Origin: Monocercomonoides exilis PA203
Lineage: Eukaryota; Protista; Preaxostyla
Assembly: GCA_001643675.2 (NCBI GenBank)
Contig: LSRY02000037.1
Coordinates: 496,001 to 560,000 of the forward strand
Direction of reading: 5' to 3'
Length of the DNA: 64,000 nucleotides
The position numbers and the translations under genes are program-made. Positions 48,262 to 59,871 of the stretch are shown in pieces. Below the pieces are notes generated by a model. That model searched no databases, was not told the origin of the DNA, and worked only from the letters and a program-made list of their open reading frames with translations. Positions within the stretch are counted from its first letter, which is position 1; every line of letters begins with the position of its first letter.

Positions 48262-51200
48262 TAGACCTGTGCGACACGACATGCAATTTTTTTGCTCTGT
48301 CGGTCACAAAAAAAAAAAAAAAAAAAGAAAGAAAGAAAGAAAGAAAAGAAAAAAAGAAAAAGAAAAAAAAAAGAAAAAGAAAAAGAAAAAAGAAAAGAAA
48401 AGAAAAGAAAAGAAAAAATAAAAAAGAAAAAATATTAAAATTTATATAAAAATTTAAAATAGTTATAAGTTAAAAATCAATATATTGCACACATATTATA
48501 ATTTCTATTATATTTTCTTATAATTATATTCACAATCATTTGAAGATCATATGTCCCATTATAACATAATGAATTGATGAAATTCGTTTTTGAATAATTT
48601 CTTGTTGATTGAAGCATGTGCAGAGAAGAGTTTTATGAGCAAAGATTTTGTTATTGAGGATTTAGACATTAAGTTTCTTTAATTTCTTTTGTTTCTTTTT
48701 TCCATTCATTTGTTTATTTGATACGAAAGAAATATTTTTGTTTGAACTCAGAAGTTGAAAACAATCGATTTATTTTAAAAGGTGTGAACTTACTGTTGCA
48801 TTTGCATTCACATTGATCATTTTAATTAATTGATTCCAATTATTTTGTTCAGAATTGTTTTCCCAGTAAAGCTGTGGATTTTCTGATAAGCGAAAACAGA
48901 AATTCGAAGAAATGAAAAAAATGATAAATGAAATGGATGAAAGAGAATTCATATCTGTTTTTTTAAAACGAATTGTTCAACAAAATTCAAAAAATGATTG
49001 AAGAAAAGAAAACACAATATGAAATAGCGATTTTGCTGCTGAAGCATGCTTGATACTGCAATGTGATGAAAATTTTGTGGAATCCATTCTTTGAAGAATC
49101 TCAGTTCAACAGAATATTTGAGAAGATGATTATTGAAGAGGAAAAAGAAAAAAGAAGGAATGAATAAAAAACTTCTGATTGATCTTTGCAATTGTTTTCT
49201 TTTATTGAACAAGTGGGTTTCTCAGGAATTGCTTTCAATTTGTTTGCGACATATTTTGAAAATCGCGTTGAAGAAAAAGGAAAGCAAAGGAACACGAAAA
49301 GAAGTAAAAATGGCATTATTTTCTTTGAGCAAATGTTGTTTTTGGGTTTGAATTCTTCTTTTTCAATTCAAACAAAATTTATTTTTTCCACTTATTTTTT
49401 TATAGGGAAAAAATGAAGAGATGTTATCTAATGAAATGACTGAGGTTGTCAAATATCATCAGGAACATCATAATTTGACATGACTTGCATATCAATCGGC
49501 TTGGCAGTTTTTGATAGACAGATTTCACAATGAGAAAGGCTTAGAAGGAGTAATTACAAATATTGTTCATTTTGGAAGAGAGGCAAAAAGAGAATTGGAA
49601 GAACTGATGAAATGTGTGGATTGGAAGAGAGAGAAAGAAGAGGAAAGAGAAAAAGAAACGAAAGAAGAACTTATTTTGATCAGATGGCTTCGAGTGTTGG
49701 AGCTTTATTTTAACCATTGTTGATTGAGGATTGAAGAAATTAATGAGGTTATTGAAAGTATCATTCAGATATATCGAGCATCAAGGGATAATCACAAAGA
49801 AATAAATGAGTTGTGCATTTTCATATTTATTCAAATGTCAGGAAACGGATTCATGGGAATTGATGAGTTGTTGAATTGCGGTGTTGTTTATATTGTTCTG
49901 GATGCGATTCATCAACAAACATTGAACGATCTTACGGTAAATGAATGCGTGGCTTTTTTTCGTTTGATTTCAAGGCGACTGAAGAAAAATGAGGATGAAG
50001 GCGAAATGATAGAAGAGAAAAGAAAGATAATGAAAAGGAAAGTATTTGAAAAAATGGAAGAAGAAGGTTACGAAGATTAAATCTCATGTACTCATGAAAA
50101 TTTTCTATTTTATCACATCAATTGTTTCAATATTCATAAATTATTGAAGTATATCTCTTGATATTTTATGAATATTGATGGTTAATAAAACACTCTAATT
50201 TTGTTGCTCAAACATTTTATCATTCTATTTTTTTTTTCAATTTCACAGAAATAATAACCATTGAAGGTCTTCATGAAATTAATTTTTTTATTATATCGAA
50301 AAAAGAAACGAAATTTGAACACACATTCAAAGTGAATCAAATGTTAGTCTTATATGACTGCTCTGTTTAGTCTTATAGCCTTTGGAAAGCTTCTTCTGAG
50401 GATTATATACTTCTTTCTTCATCAAAAATATCCATCACGAATGCTTCGTTTTTTTTTCATTTTTTCCAGCTGTTCTTCCTCCTCTCAATTAATAATTTCA
50501 TTGTGTCATGTTGAATCTCTTTGGTTTTATTCACTTGTATTGTTTTTTTCTGTGTTTTTCTTGAAATACATATTATCAATATGTTTTCAAAAATGATCAG
50601 GCTGGAGTGAAAGCGAGATCAAAGATTTGCTTTTATGATGACTGGAAAAAAGTGAAAAAGTAAAGGCGATAGCGTTTCAAACTTAAGGAGTTGAGAAATC
50701 AGAACGGTTAAACGATGATTTCGAAAAATTCTCAATATTCCTTTAATTGTGACTATTAACATAATATATCATGGTTGACGTAAAAAAAAGAAATATTCCA
50801 GAGATATCATGGAGTCATTAAGCATTCAAACATAAATAATCATATCAACCATTGAGGATCGTTTTATATCAAAATTATGAATTTATTCATTCGTGAGAAT
50901 AATTTAAATCACTTCTTGAAGAATATACACCTGATTTGTTCACAATAAAATATTCATGTAACTCTCTATTTTGGTAAAGGAGATTCTTGTGGTTTTTCTT
51001 CATAATAATCCATTTTTCATCTGCAATTGTATTGCTATTCATGACAAAACCTCGAAACTTAAAAGGATAGGAATCAAAATATTTTTAATTAGTTCTTTCT
51101 CTATTAAAATATTTTCAATTTATGAAACAAAAGACATAACAAGAAAATCAAATTGTGAATAATCAAATAGTGAAAAAGGAAACATGACTTTAACCAACTT

Positions 51201-51739
51201 CTTTTCAGAAACAAAAAATACACTGCTATTTATGTTCAACGTCACCTTTTTAAAAGCTTGCATTTGCTTCTTTTAATGAAAAAGAAGGGTTCAATAAATA
51301 TAATTGAAAAATTATGGCAATAACTGACAAGAAAGCAAAATCAAATACTTTTCCAAAGCAAAATAGGCTAATATGCTTTTGTGTTCCTTTTTCAAACCCA
51401 TTTATTTAACTGACGGGAGGTGACGTCAGTGACAGAAGTGACTTCCAGTGGCTTTCAAAAATCCAAGTTTCACTGATCTTGTCACTAAACCATTAATAAC
51501 TTAAAAAAGGAGACAAAAATTCAGTTTATGATTTTTTTCTCTTTTTCATTCCTAAATTCTTTCTCTTTTTTTTGAAAGTTATTATTTGCTTTTAAATGAG
51601 TATTTATTATCAACTATTTGAAAATTTTTTTTCTGAAACATGAAATTTTAAAATATTTATGGTTGTGATCGGAAAAAATGAACATGTCGGTCACATATGT
51701 CAGTTGGTGACAAAAATTGCCACTTGTCGCACAGGTCTA
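48262..51739. mobile_element. Non-autonomous hAT-type element (3478 bp) carrying a host-gene copy
   Basis: Perfect 15-bp TIRs TAGACCTGTGCGACA (48262-48276; 51725-51739); perfect 8-bp TSD TGCAAAAC (48254-48261; 51740-51747); clustered GTGAC/GTCAC subterminal motifs. Confidence 0.9.
48850..50170 (+). pseudogene. Unknown multigene family X, copy 2 (inside the hAT element); ends approximate
   Basis: Fragments 49133-49351, 49511-49723 and 49724-50080 are homologous to the other copies; several stops and frameshifts; the family intron (~49347-49405) is retained. Confidence 0.85.
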
Positions 51740-52697
51740 TGCAAAACTTTCAAAATAGCTTCATTTGTGCTCAGAGAATATTATTATTTTATTCTCGGAG
51801 AAACTCAAAATCCTATTTCTCCGAAATTTTCAAAATTATTTTTTCTGAGCACTAAAAAGCTATTTTGAAAGTTTTGTATCTCAAATGAGTTTGTATTGAT
51901 GAAATATATTTAGAGGAAATTTAACAGAATTATTCCTATTGCGGTTATTGAGAAATCGATCTTGTCCAGTATTTTTTGCTCAAACTGAACAAATAAAAAT
52001 TGGAAAGTGAATCAAATGATGCAAAATAATCTCACAGCTCATCAAATTTTTTTATCTTTTCGAAATAAAAAGGCAAATGGGTATGATACGACCAGTGAAA
52101 AATTCATATCATAACGATTTCTTTTTCATATTCCTACCAGATGAATCATAGTTCAATGAAGGTATAGTCAATTTTTATCATCAATTCCTACAAAGAAAGA
52201 AATTTATTATTTTTTCAATTTATGAATTGTGATAAAAAATTATTTTCGTATTGAAGCCCTAATATCTTTATAAATGATGTTGAAATGAAATTTCTTTTAG
52301 GGTTAACCCTAATTCATAAAGTTCTCTTGTTAAAATTAGTTAATAGGTACAAAAAACCTAAAAGAAAACATGATAAAATTAAATGATGGGCTTGATCAAA
52401 TTATTTAAAACTCTAAAAGATTAATTCTGTTGGAAGATAATTTAATTTAAAAAAAGATTTTAATGACTGACCTTAATAAATGAGTACGTTAAGCTGGGTT
52501 TCAGTACAGTTTTAGGTGTTTTCAAGTAAAAAACCATTACTGGCCGTATAATCCCCTTTTGCCAATAAAAATATTCTTTTTTGAAGTCTGATCATTCTTT
52601 TTCGAATTTGAATCATTTTCATGTGTGAGAATGGAAAAAAACAAAAAAAGAAAAGCTATTATGGTATTGATCATGTTCATTTGAATAAAAGCACATT

Positions 52698-54666
52698 ATG
52701 AGTGCTTTAGGATTGTCTGGAAGTTTCAAATTGTCTAGGGAGGAAACTTTGAGCGAATTGGGCCTGGAAATTTCTGATTCAAGCGAGGAGAAGAAAGAAG
52801 GATTTTTTGCATTGATGAAAGAAACAGCTTTGCTTCTTCGAGGGATTGTACGTGGGGAAGTGGAAGAAGACATAAGGAACATTCTCAAGGAAGAATATGG
52901 AATGAGTGGGAGTGATGCGTGTAGGATTGCTGAGGAAGTTGTTGCTGAGAACTGTTTGTTTTCAAAATTTTGTTTTCAATTTTCAAATTGAAATACCAAA
53001 ACATTTTTTTGTATAGCTTCGAGCACTTCGTCAAAGAATGCAGACGGAGAATTTTTTGGTTTTGGAGAAAAAACTATGCAAAGTTTGACGAATGAGGAAT
53101 TGTCTTTTCAATCTCATTTATCTTCGAAAACAGCAAGAGTATCAGAAATAGGCAAGATTAATTCTTTTCTCGCTCGCCAAGTCATTCCTTCAAAAAGCAG
53201 TTTGCATTCATTTCCTCCAATGTGCAGTTCAGAGATTTCTGTTGGGTTGCCAAATTGTGTGCCGTGCTTTGAAAGTTCAGCAGCAGAGCCATAGCCAATT
53301 TTTACTTCCGGGCTTAAAGCAGCTGAGCATTTGCCGGTTGATATTTCATCAGCTGAACCATTTTCTGCCTCATCTTCTTCATTCGGTGGGCCTCCATCAT
53401 CAAATATTTGGTGCAGTTTTGATGAAAAAGATGGCTTCACTGAATTTCCAAAAAATGCTTTTGGTGAAGAAGATCAAGCGCTGAAAGGCAGAATTCAAAA
53501 GCAGGGAAAGAAGAGCAAGGGAGAGTGCGAATCTGAAAAAGGAGACGAATCAGAAGACTCAAAAGATGAGAGCATCTCCTATGAGAGTTGCTCTGATGAA
53601 AGCGACTCTGATTCCTCTTGCTCTTCTTCCGCATCTTCTTCATCATCTGAAGGAGGGAAAGGAAAAGAAGGATATAAGGAAAACAAAAAGCCTGTGAAAG
53701 GAAGTTTGCATTCTTTGTTTTTGTTTTGATTTTTTGTTATTATTGCATCCAATATATATTGCAAATATTATTATCAAATTTTGAAACATTTCATTTTCCG
53801 TAGTTTATTTTTTTCAGAAATGAGAGGACCTCTTCATTTTCTTTCTGAAGAGACATCTGGGTATGATCCGACTCTTGACGAAAGGGCACAACTGTTGCAG
53901 AAGGAGCGGCTTATTCGAGTGGATGGAGCGTTTGCCAATCTCATTTGTTTGGGAAATCCGTTCAACAAGGGCATCTGGCGGGTGGATCTGCTTTTGAAAG
54001 AGACGTTCGAGTTGAGAGGATTTGGCCTTCTGAGAATATACAAAAGCGACATGAAGAACGCAATCAAGAAGCGCAATTCGTCACTGAAGCCGAAGAAGAT
54101 GAAGGGGCATTCTTCTGTTCATGCAACATCGAACCCATTTGCTTCAACAAATCCATTTGCTCCCTCTAATCCATTTGGATTCGCTTCGAGTGCGAATCCG
54201 TTTGCCTCGACAAATCCATTTGCAGCCCCAGTGGGAAGTGAGAGTCATTCCCCAATTCAATATGTTGCATTTGATTCAGATGGAATTATCTCGAATCTAA
54301 ATGGAGACATGAAAGATGGACAGAAGTTGACCAGTGAATGGAAGTCAAAGGGATCACAAGTTGCATGCGAGGTTAACACAAAGAAAAAAACAGCATCATT
54401 CTTAATAAATCGAAAAAAGCAACCCGTTCTTATTTCAAAGGTTCCGAAATGCGTTCAATTTCAGGTTTCTCTTTTTTTTTACTATAAATTCGAAAAAGGC
54501 TGAAGTTATTTTTTGTATATATACATGTGTTCGGTTTAAAACCTAGATTATGATACATGCTAATGGAGCATCCGTAAAGGTGCTTCGGTTGGACAAGATA
54601 AAGAAGCCAACAGGTCCCAAAAAAATTTCAGGAGTAGAATATATTGAGTTTAATGAGCGTAGATAA
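52698..54666 (+). CDS. Four-exon protein with acidic/S-rich middle and C-terminal SPRY/B30.2-like domain containing NPF repeats; in-frame TAG at 53292-53294
   Basis: GT-AG introns 52954-53016, 53704-53817 and 54464-54546 are all frame-compatible. GIWRVDL...FGLL...GSQVACEVNTKKKTASFLINRKKQ resembles SPRY-like beta-sandwiches. Confidence 0.6.
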
Positions 54667-55063
54667 AAATCAATTGGATCGAGAAAAAAGTTACTTGTTA
54701 AGGAGTTTGTCAATATAGAAATAGCAAACGAGAAACTCTCTTCTTTCAGGAGACAATATGTTAATATTTATTTATTTATTTATTTTGTTTCATTTTTTCT
54801 GTTCAGCAATTACAAATAATATTTCTTTTTTCTTGATTGTTATTATCAGTATTTTGTATTTGCTAATACATTTTTAATTCTTTGAGAAAAGTGAATTAAA
54901 TTTCCTGCTTTCATATTATTACATGTCCAACATTATTATGCAATAAAAATTTTGAATAAAAAATAAAAAGATTAAAACATTTTTTCGATTTTTATTATGA
55001 TCTTTCTCAACAAATATAATACATAGTTTGATCATTTTCTTTGATTGAGGAGTAACTTTGAGC

Positions 55064-57553
55064 ATGATTTTGGTATTAATTCTTTTCCAAATTTTGGTGT
55101 CGACTTACGCACAAGAAGAGTCATCTGAATCAATAACAACAGTTTATGTGAAGCAAAGTGGGAAAGATGAAAACAGCGGCTTGGAGATCGAACAGGAAAA
55201 GCCGTCATTGAACGATGCATATAATCTGCTGAGAAATGACAGCCCATGCAACATGAAAATAGTCTACGATACAAAACCATTAATTGCAGAAGCCGTTGAA
55301 TTTAGCAAAGAACATGGAATTACGATTGAAGGAGTAAATAACGAAGGAAATGGGAACACAGAAGTAGCAATAGACTGTGACGTACATCCAGGAAATCACC
55401 TTTTCATATGCGTGGGAATTGTGGAGTTTAAATATTTTTCTTTCCATTTCGCAACAACATTAGATTCTGAAATACCAACAGGAGAAGAATTTGATTTGAT
55501 ATATGCTCGATATGCAAGCTCGAAAATAATCCACTGCACATTTATTCGACCAGTTGCAGGGGGTAACGAAATTAAATATTTTCTTTTGAAAGCATTAGGG
55601 GGATCATTGACAATGGACTCAGTCAAATGCGTAGACGAAGAAAATACATTAATATCGAGGTCTGAACTGTTTATGACAAGAGAATGTGAAACAGTGATAT
55701 TGTCAAATTTGACTTTGAAGAAAATAGCCTCAGATGAAAGTCAGGTTATCAGTGTTAGAAGTAGCAAAAATATAAAAAGTGATGTTATGTTGAATGGGAG
55801 CACATTTTCGGAGTTAAGAAGCCCTGATTCAGTTTTGTATATCGTGGCTGCAAATGGCGAAAGCTCGTTTACTGTTGGAGATGGAGGTGTCACAACTTTT
55901 TCATCATGTCATAGTGATTTAAGTTATGGAACTGGAGGAATAATGCTTGAAATGTTAGCAATCGAATCAGCAAGTCAGATTAAATGGCCCAAAAATGGAA
56001 GGAATCTGATATTTGACAAATGCACAGTCGGAGAAGTCGAATTGAAAAGAAGCACTGGACTATTACTGTTAATGGCAAATAACTCGTTATTCGAAGACCT
56101 GGCAGCAGAAATGAAGAAGAGTTTTGCATCAAATTATACTCGGAATGACAACTTGTGGAATATTATGGGATTAGGCATGGACGATGATAGAAAATTTTAC
56201 GATTTTGTGCTGCTTTATTTGGATCAAACCGGAAAGATATATTTGAAGGACAAAGGAACAGGAGATGGATTGACAAGTTCTTCACCATTGAGTTCATTGA
56301 AAGGAGCATATGATAAACTTGATGAAATTCCTTGTTCTGACGGTTACTTCATAGAGATTGTGAAAGACGAAAGCCCATTTACAGCAGAAGAAATTCTATT
56401 TAGCAGTGATAAGGGAATATCCATTGAAGGAGTGAACAGAGATGGAAATGGAAATGCAGAAGTGTCTATTGATTGTGCTGTCGGTGCATCATCTGCTTTA
56501 TTTACATGCGAACAAAAGGTGGAATTCAAGTATTTGGCATTTAACTTTCCCACTTCTGAAAAAAAATGGAATTCTTTGATTTATGGAAATGAAAAGTCAG
56601 CATCACTCACGATCAGCAATTGCAAATTTGTCAGAATTGGAGCCCAATCGCCAGAGAAAATGACGATAAATGCAGATGGGGATGAATCCATGGAAGGTTG
56701 TCTTGTGAGTGTTGTTGGAGGGAAAGCTGAAATGCACACAGTTTCATGCACAGATGAAAGAAATACAGTTTCGTTTTCTTCATCGCTATTTTCTTTCAGC
56801 AGTGTAAGTTCAGCTTCGTTGAATGGAGTGGAGATCAGCAACGTGAATGTACAAAATGGAGCAGCGATTTCGATTAAAAATGAAGGCAGCGCGCCTTCAG
56901 AAGTTAGCATTGAAGGGCTGAGCATGAATGGAGTGAATTCGGAGAATGGAAAAGTGGCTGGGTTGGAGATTTCTTTGAGTTCGGAAGAGTCGAAAGTGGA
57001 AATTGGAAGTACAAGCAAATGCACATTCAAGTCATGCACAGCACCAAAAGGGAAAGCAGGGGCAATGACCATTGGCATGCCAAAGGCAACATCGAATCTT
57101 CAGCTTCCTTCTGCCAACAATCTTGAGATTGATAGCTCAAACACTGCTGGCTCAAAACCTTCTTCTCTGTTCATCGTTGCCCTAGATTTTGATGAGTTCT
57201 GCAAACTGGAAGGTTCATTTGAGTTTGCGAAAGATTTTGATGAATCAGCAGCTGGCTGGATTATGGGAGCAAAAGATGAAAAATCTGAGCCAGAGGATGT
57301 ATATGAAAAGTATTTGAAGGAGAAGGAAGATCCAACTCCAGGCCCAACTCCAGAAGATCCTGCTCCAGAAGATAAGAAGAAATCAAATACAGGAACTGTA
57401 GTTGCAATTGTCGTTCCGATAGTTGTGGTTGTTGTTGTTGCAGTTGTTGTGGTTGTGGTTGTCATTGTGGTTGTCAAGAAAAGGAAGGCCAAAAGCAACA
57501 AAGAAGAAGACAAAGATGAAGGCAAAGAGCAAGAAATGAGCACCCAGGAGTAG
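55064..57553 (+). CDS. Type I membrane surface protein with two tandem homologous ectodomain modules
   Basis: Signal peptide MILVLILFQILVSTYA; internal repeat (GITIEGVNNEGNGNTEVAIDC / GISIEGVNRDGNGNAEVSIDC); Pro-rich stalk; poly-Val TM; KKRK stop-transfer; short acidic tail. Confidence 0.88.
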   Translation: MILVLILFQILVSTYAQEESSESITTVYVKQSGKDENSGLEIEQEKPSLNDAYNLLRNDSPCNMKIVYDTKPLIAEAVEFSKEHGITIEGVNNEGNGNTEVAIDCDVHPGNHLFICVGIVEFKYFSFHFATTLDSEIPTGEEFDLIYARYASSKIIHCTFIRPVAGGNEIKYFLLKALGGSLTMDSVKCVDEENTLISRSELFMTRECETVILSNLTLKKIASDESQVISVRSSKNIKSDVMLNGSTFSELRSPDSVLYIVAANGESSFTVGDGGVTTFSSCHSDLSYGTGGIMLEMLAIESASQIKWPKNGRNLIFDKCTVGEVELKRSTGLLLLMANNSLFEDLAAEMKKSFASNYTRNDNLWNIMGLGMDDDRKFYDFVLLYLDQTGKIYLKDKGTGDGLTSSSPLSSLKGAYDKLDEIPCSDGYFIEIVKDESPFTAEEILFSSDKGISIEGVNRDGNGNAEVSIDCAVGASSALFTCEQKVEFKYLAFNFPTSEKKWNSLIYGNEKSASLTISNCKFVRIGAQSPEKMTINADGDESMEGCLVSVVGGKAEMHTVSCTDERNTVSFSSSLFSFSSVSSASLNGVEISNVNVQNGAAISIKNEGSAPSEVSIEGLSMNGVNSENGKVAGLEISLSSEESKVEIGSTSKCTFKSCTAPKGKAGAMTIGMPKATSNLQLPSANNLEIDSSNTAGSKPSSLFIVALDFDEFCKLEGSFEFAKDFDESAAGWIMGAKDEKSEPEDVYEKYLKEKEDPTPGPTPEDPAPEDKKKSNTGTVVAIVVPIVVVVVVAVVVVVVVIVVVKKRKAKSNKEEDKDEGKEQEMSTQE

Positions 57554-59871
57554 GATTGAGATTTACAATTCTATTAGAAATTATTCATTTGATTTTGATT
57601 TTCTTCTTTCTTTCTTTCTTTCTTTTCAATTTTATAGAAGGTGTATTTGTGTAAATCATAGTAATTTTTTCAATCTTTCCTTTCCCATTTATCACTTACA
57701 TAATGTATTTTTTTTTTTCCAATTGAAATGTAACTCCATTCTTGATTTTATTTCATACACCAATTGTTGTTCATCATCTACAATTTTTTGTGCAATTCAG
57801 TTGTTTGTTTTAGAATAAACAAATTATTTTTTTGAATTTTCATTTTTTCTCAACAAATATTTTTTATACAACGAAAATATATATTTACATTGGAAATATG
57901 GGACAAAATTCTTTTTTTAATGAAAAATACACGATTTGTTCCAAACTTTTTCTGCAATCATTTCATTATAAGTCTTCAATTTTTCTGAAAAAAATACAGA
58001 AACATTTTCAAATTGAGAAAAATATTCGTCAATATTGAATAAAAAAATTTTTTTAAATGCAATTATTTTTTCCCGTATGTAATGGACGTGATCAAACAAT
58101 GTCAAATTCTCAGAAATTTTCTACGGAGTGAGATTCAGAAGTGAAAACAAAGATAGATTGATTAAGTGAATTAATTGCAATGAAAAGGTTAAGTATTACA
58201 AAAGAATATCTGTTTGATGAAAGAAGAAATTGTTCATTTTGATTGATGGATGGCTGTGAAGCAACAATATTTTCAATGGAAATGCGAAATTTTCAATGCA
58301 AGCAATTTTTGTTGTTCTATTTGTTGTGAAGATATTTCCGTCTTTATCCTTTCTAAAGCTGTGATTCAGACAAATTATATAAAATGGACAATTTATTCTT
58401 TGCAGAACAGAACAGCAATGAAGCGAGTCAAATGTTATCTTACAAATATATTATTAGAGCCTGAATGTATTTTGTTACAAATATTTATGTGACTTATTTT
58501 GGACTTAACATGTGCAATGGATAGAAATACGATGAAAAATGAATTTTGATGGAGCAGAAATCAACGGGGTTGGAAGATGCCAAAGCTAAAAAGGAAGAAT
58601 GTTCAATCTCTATGAAAAGGGAGCACCTTTTGAGATGAAGAGGAAATTTTCAAAAAATCTTGTTGGAAAGATTGAGGCAGATGACTGAAACAGGACATTG
58701 GAGGCAGTTGGAGCAGAACAAGGCACATTTCTTGGGATGAGAAGGGCAAGACATTGATTTTATGGATTGAGGGGAGCGATGGAACTGGAATTCATTGCTT
58801 GGCTTAAGAACCAAAAATACGAGAAAAAAGGACAGTTTGGCGTAATACAGGCAGCTGGAGGCAAATGATAGGCAAAATGCATTTGAGTCACTTTTCCTTA
58901 TCTTCAGCCTTATATCATCGAGATTGCTATGCTGTGGACATCTTTTTACATATAATATCCGTTCGTATAGATCTCCATAACATTTTTGTCTTGTTTTTCA
59001 TCATCTTCTTCTTCGCCGTCATTGTTTTCATATGCACCTCCTCGACAAATGAAATTAAATACCCCCCTCCCCCGCACACTTCTCTGTCATTATCATTTTC
59101 CTCTTTATCTTCTGCGCCTTCTTAGACTTCTTCGTTTTCCCCTTCCTCCAAATCAAATGAAATGGTTTTTTGAAATTGAAGTTACTGGAATGGAAGCAGA
59201 ACGAAAAAGATTATATAAGCTATAAGATAGACAGCTGAGACAGGGCAGACGGGCTTGCCGAAGGGAAATGTCGATACTTGAAGAGGCCCAAGAGAAAGAA
59301 ATTGAAGAAAGTTTGTGAGGAGAAGAAATAATAAGAGGCTTGAATTTATTATTATCATTTTTATTATAATTATATTAGAAAAATACATTGCAAACACACG
59401 AATGAATTTCAAACATAATTAAAGATCAGAAGTCGATATTCCTAGTTGATAATGCGGAAGGTCAAAATGTATTATTCTTCAAAGAAGTTTTGGCGAATTA
59501 CAACACTAATGCTATTTACAAATCTTTTTGTTGTATTTGTGATCTGAAGAGTTTTCAACAAAAAATGTTTAAAAAATGAAAAGAACGAGAAAGAAAGTTT
59601 TCACAACAACTTCAATTTTGCACAACTCAAAAGCCTGAAAAATCTGATTGAAATAGTCTGCTGATAATTTTTTGATCCGAAAATGATTATCTCTTTTAAT
59701 GTGATTTTGTTATTATTCTTCTTTTTTATCTTTTTTATTGCTTTGTTTCATTTCAATGTTGTGAAAAAAAGTCTTTTTCACAAAATAACTCAATTGTTTG
59801 TTGAACTGTGAAATGATGGGAAAAGAAAAAGAAAAATTCAAAAAACAAAATTATCTCTGAATTTCATTTTC

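Larger units (their letters stand above)
48126..51987. mobile_element. Foldback MITE (~376 bp once the hAT insertion is removed)
   Basis: 48150-48261 is the diverged reverse complement of ~51871-51980. The central hairpin at 51740-51878 has perfect arms CAAAACTTTCAAAATAGCT/AGCTATTTTGAAAGTTTTG. Tc1-like termini CAG...GCAxAAAATACxGGACA. Confidence 0.75.

Noticed and set aside
58490-59460. Purine-rich, coding-like stretch
   Set aside because: Multiple stops and no identifiable homology; cannot be assigned.
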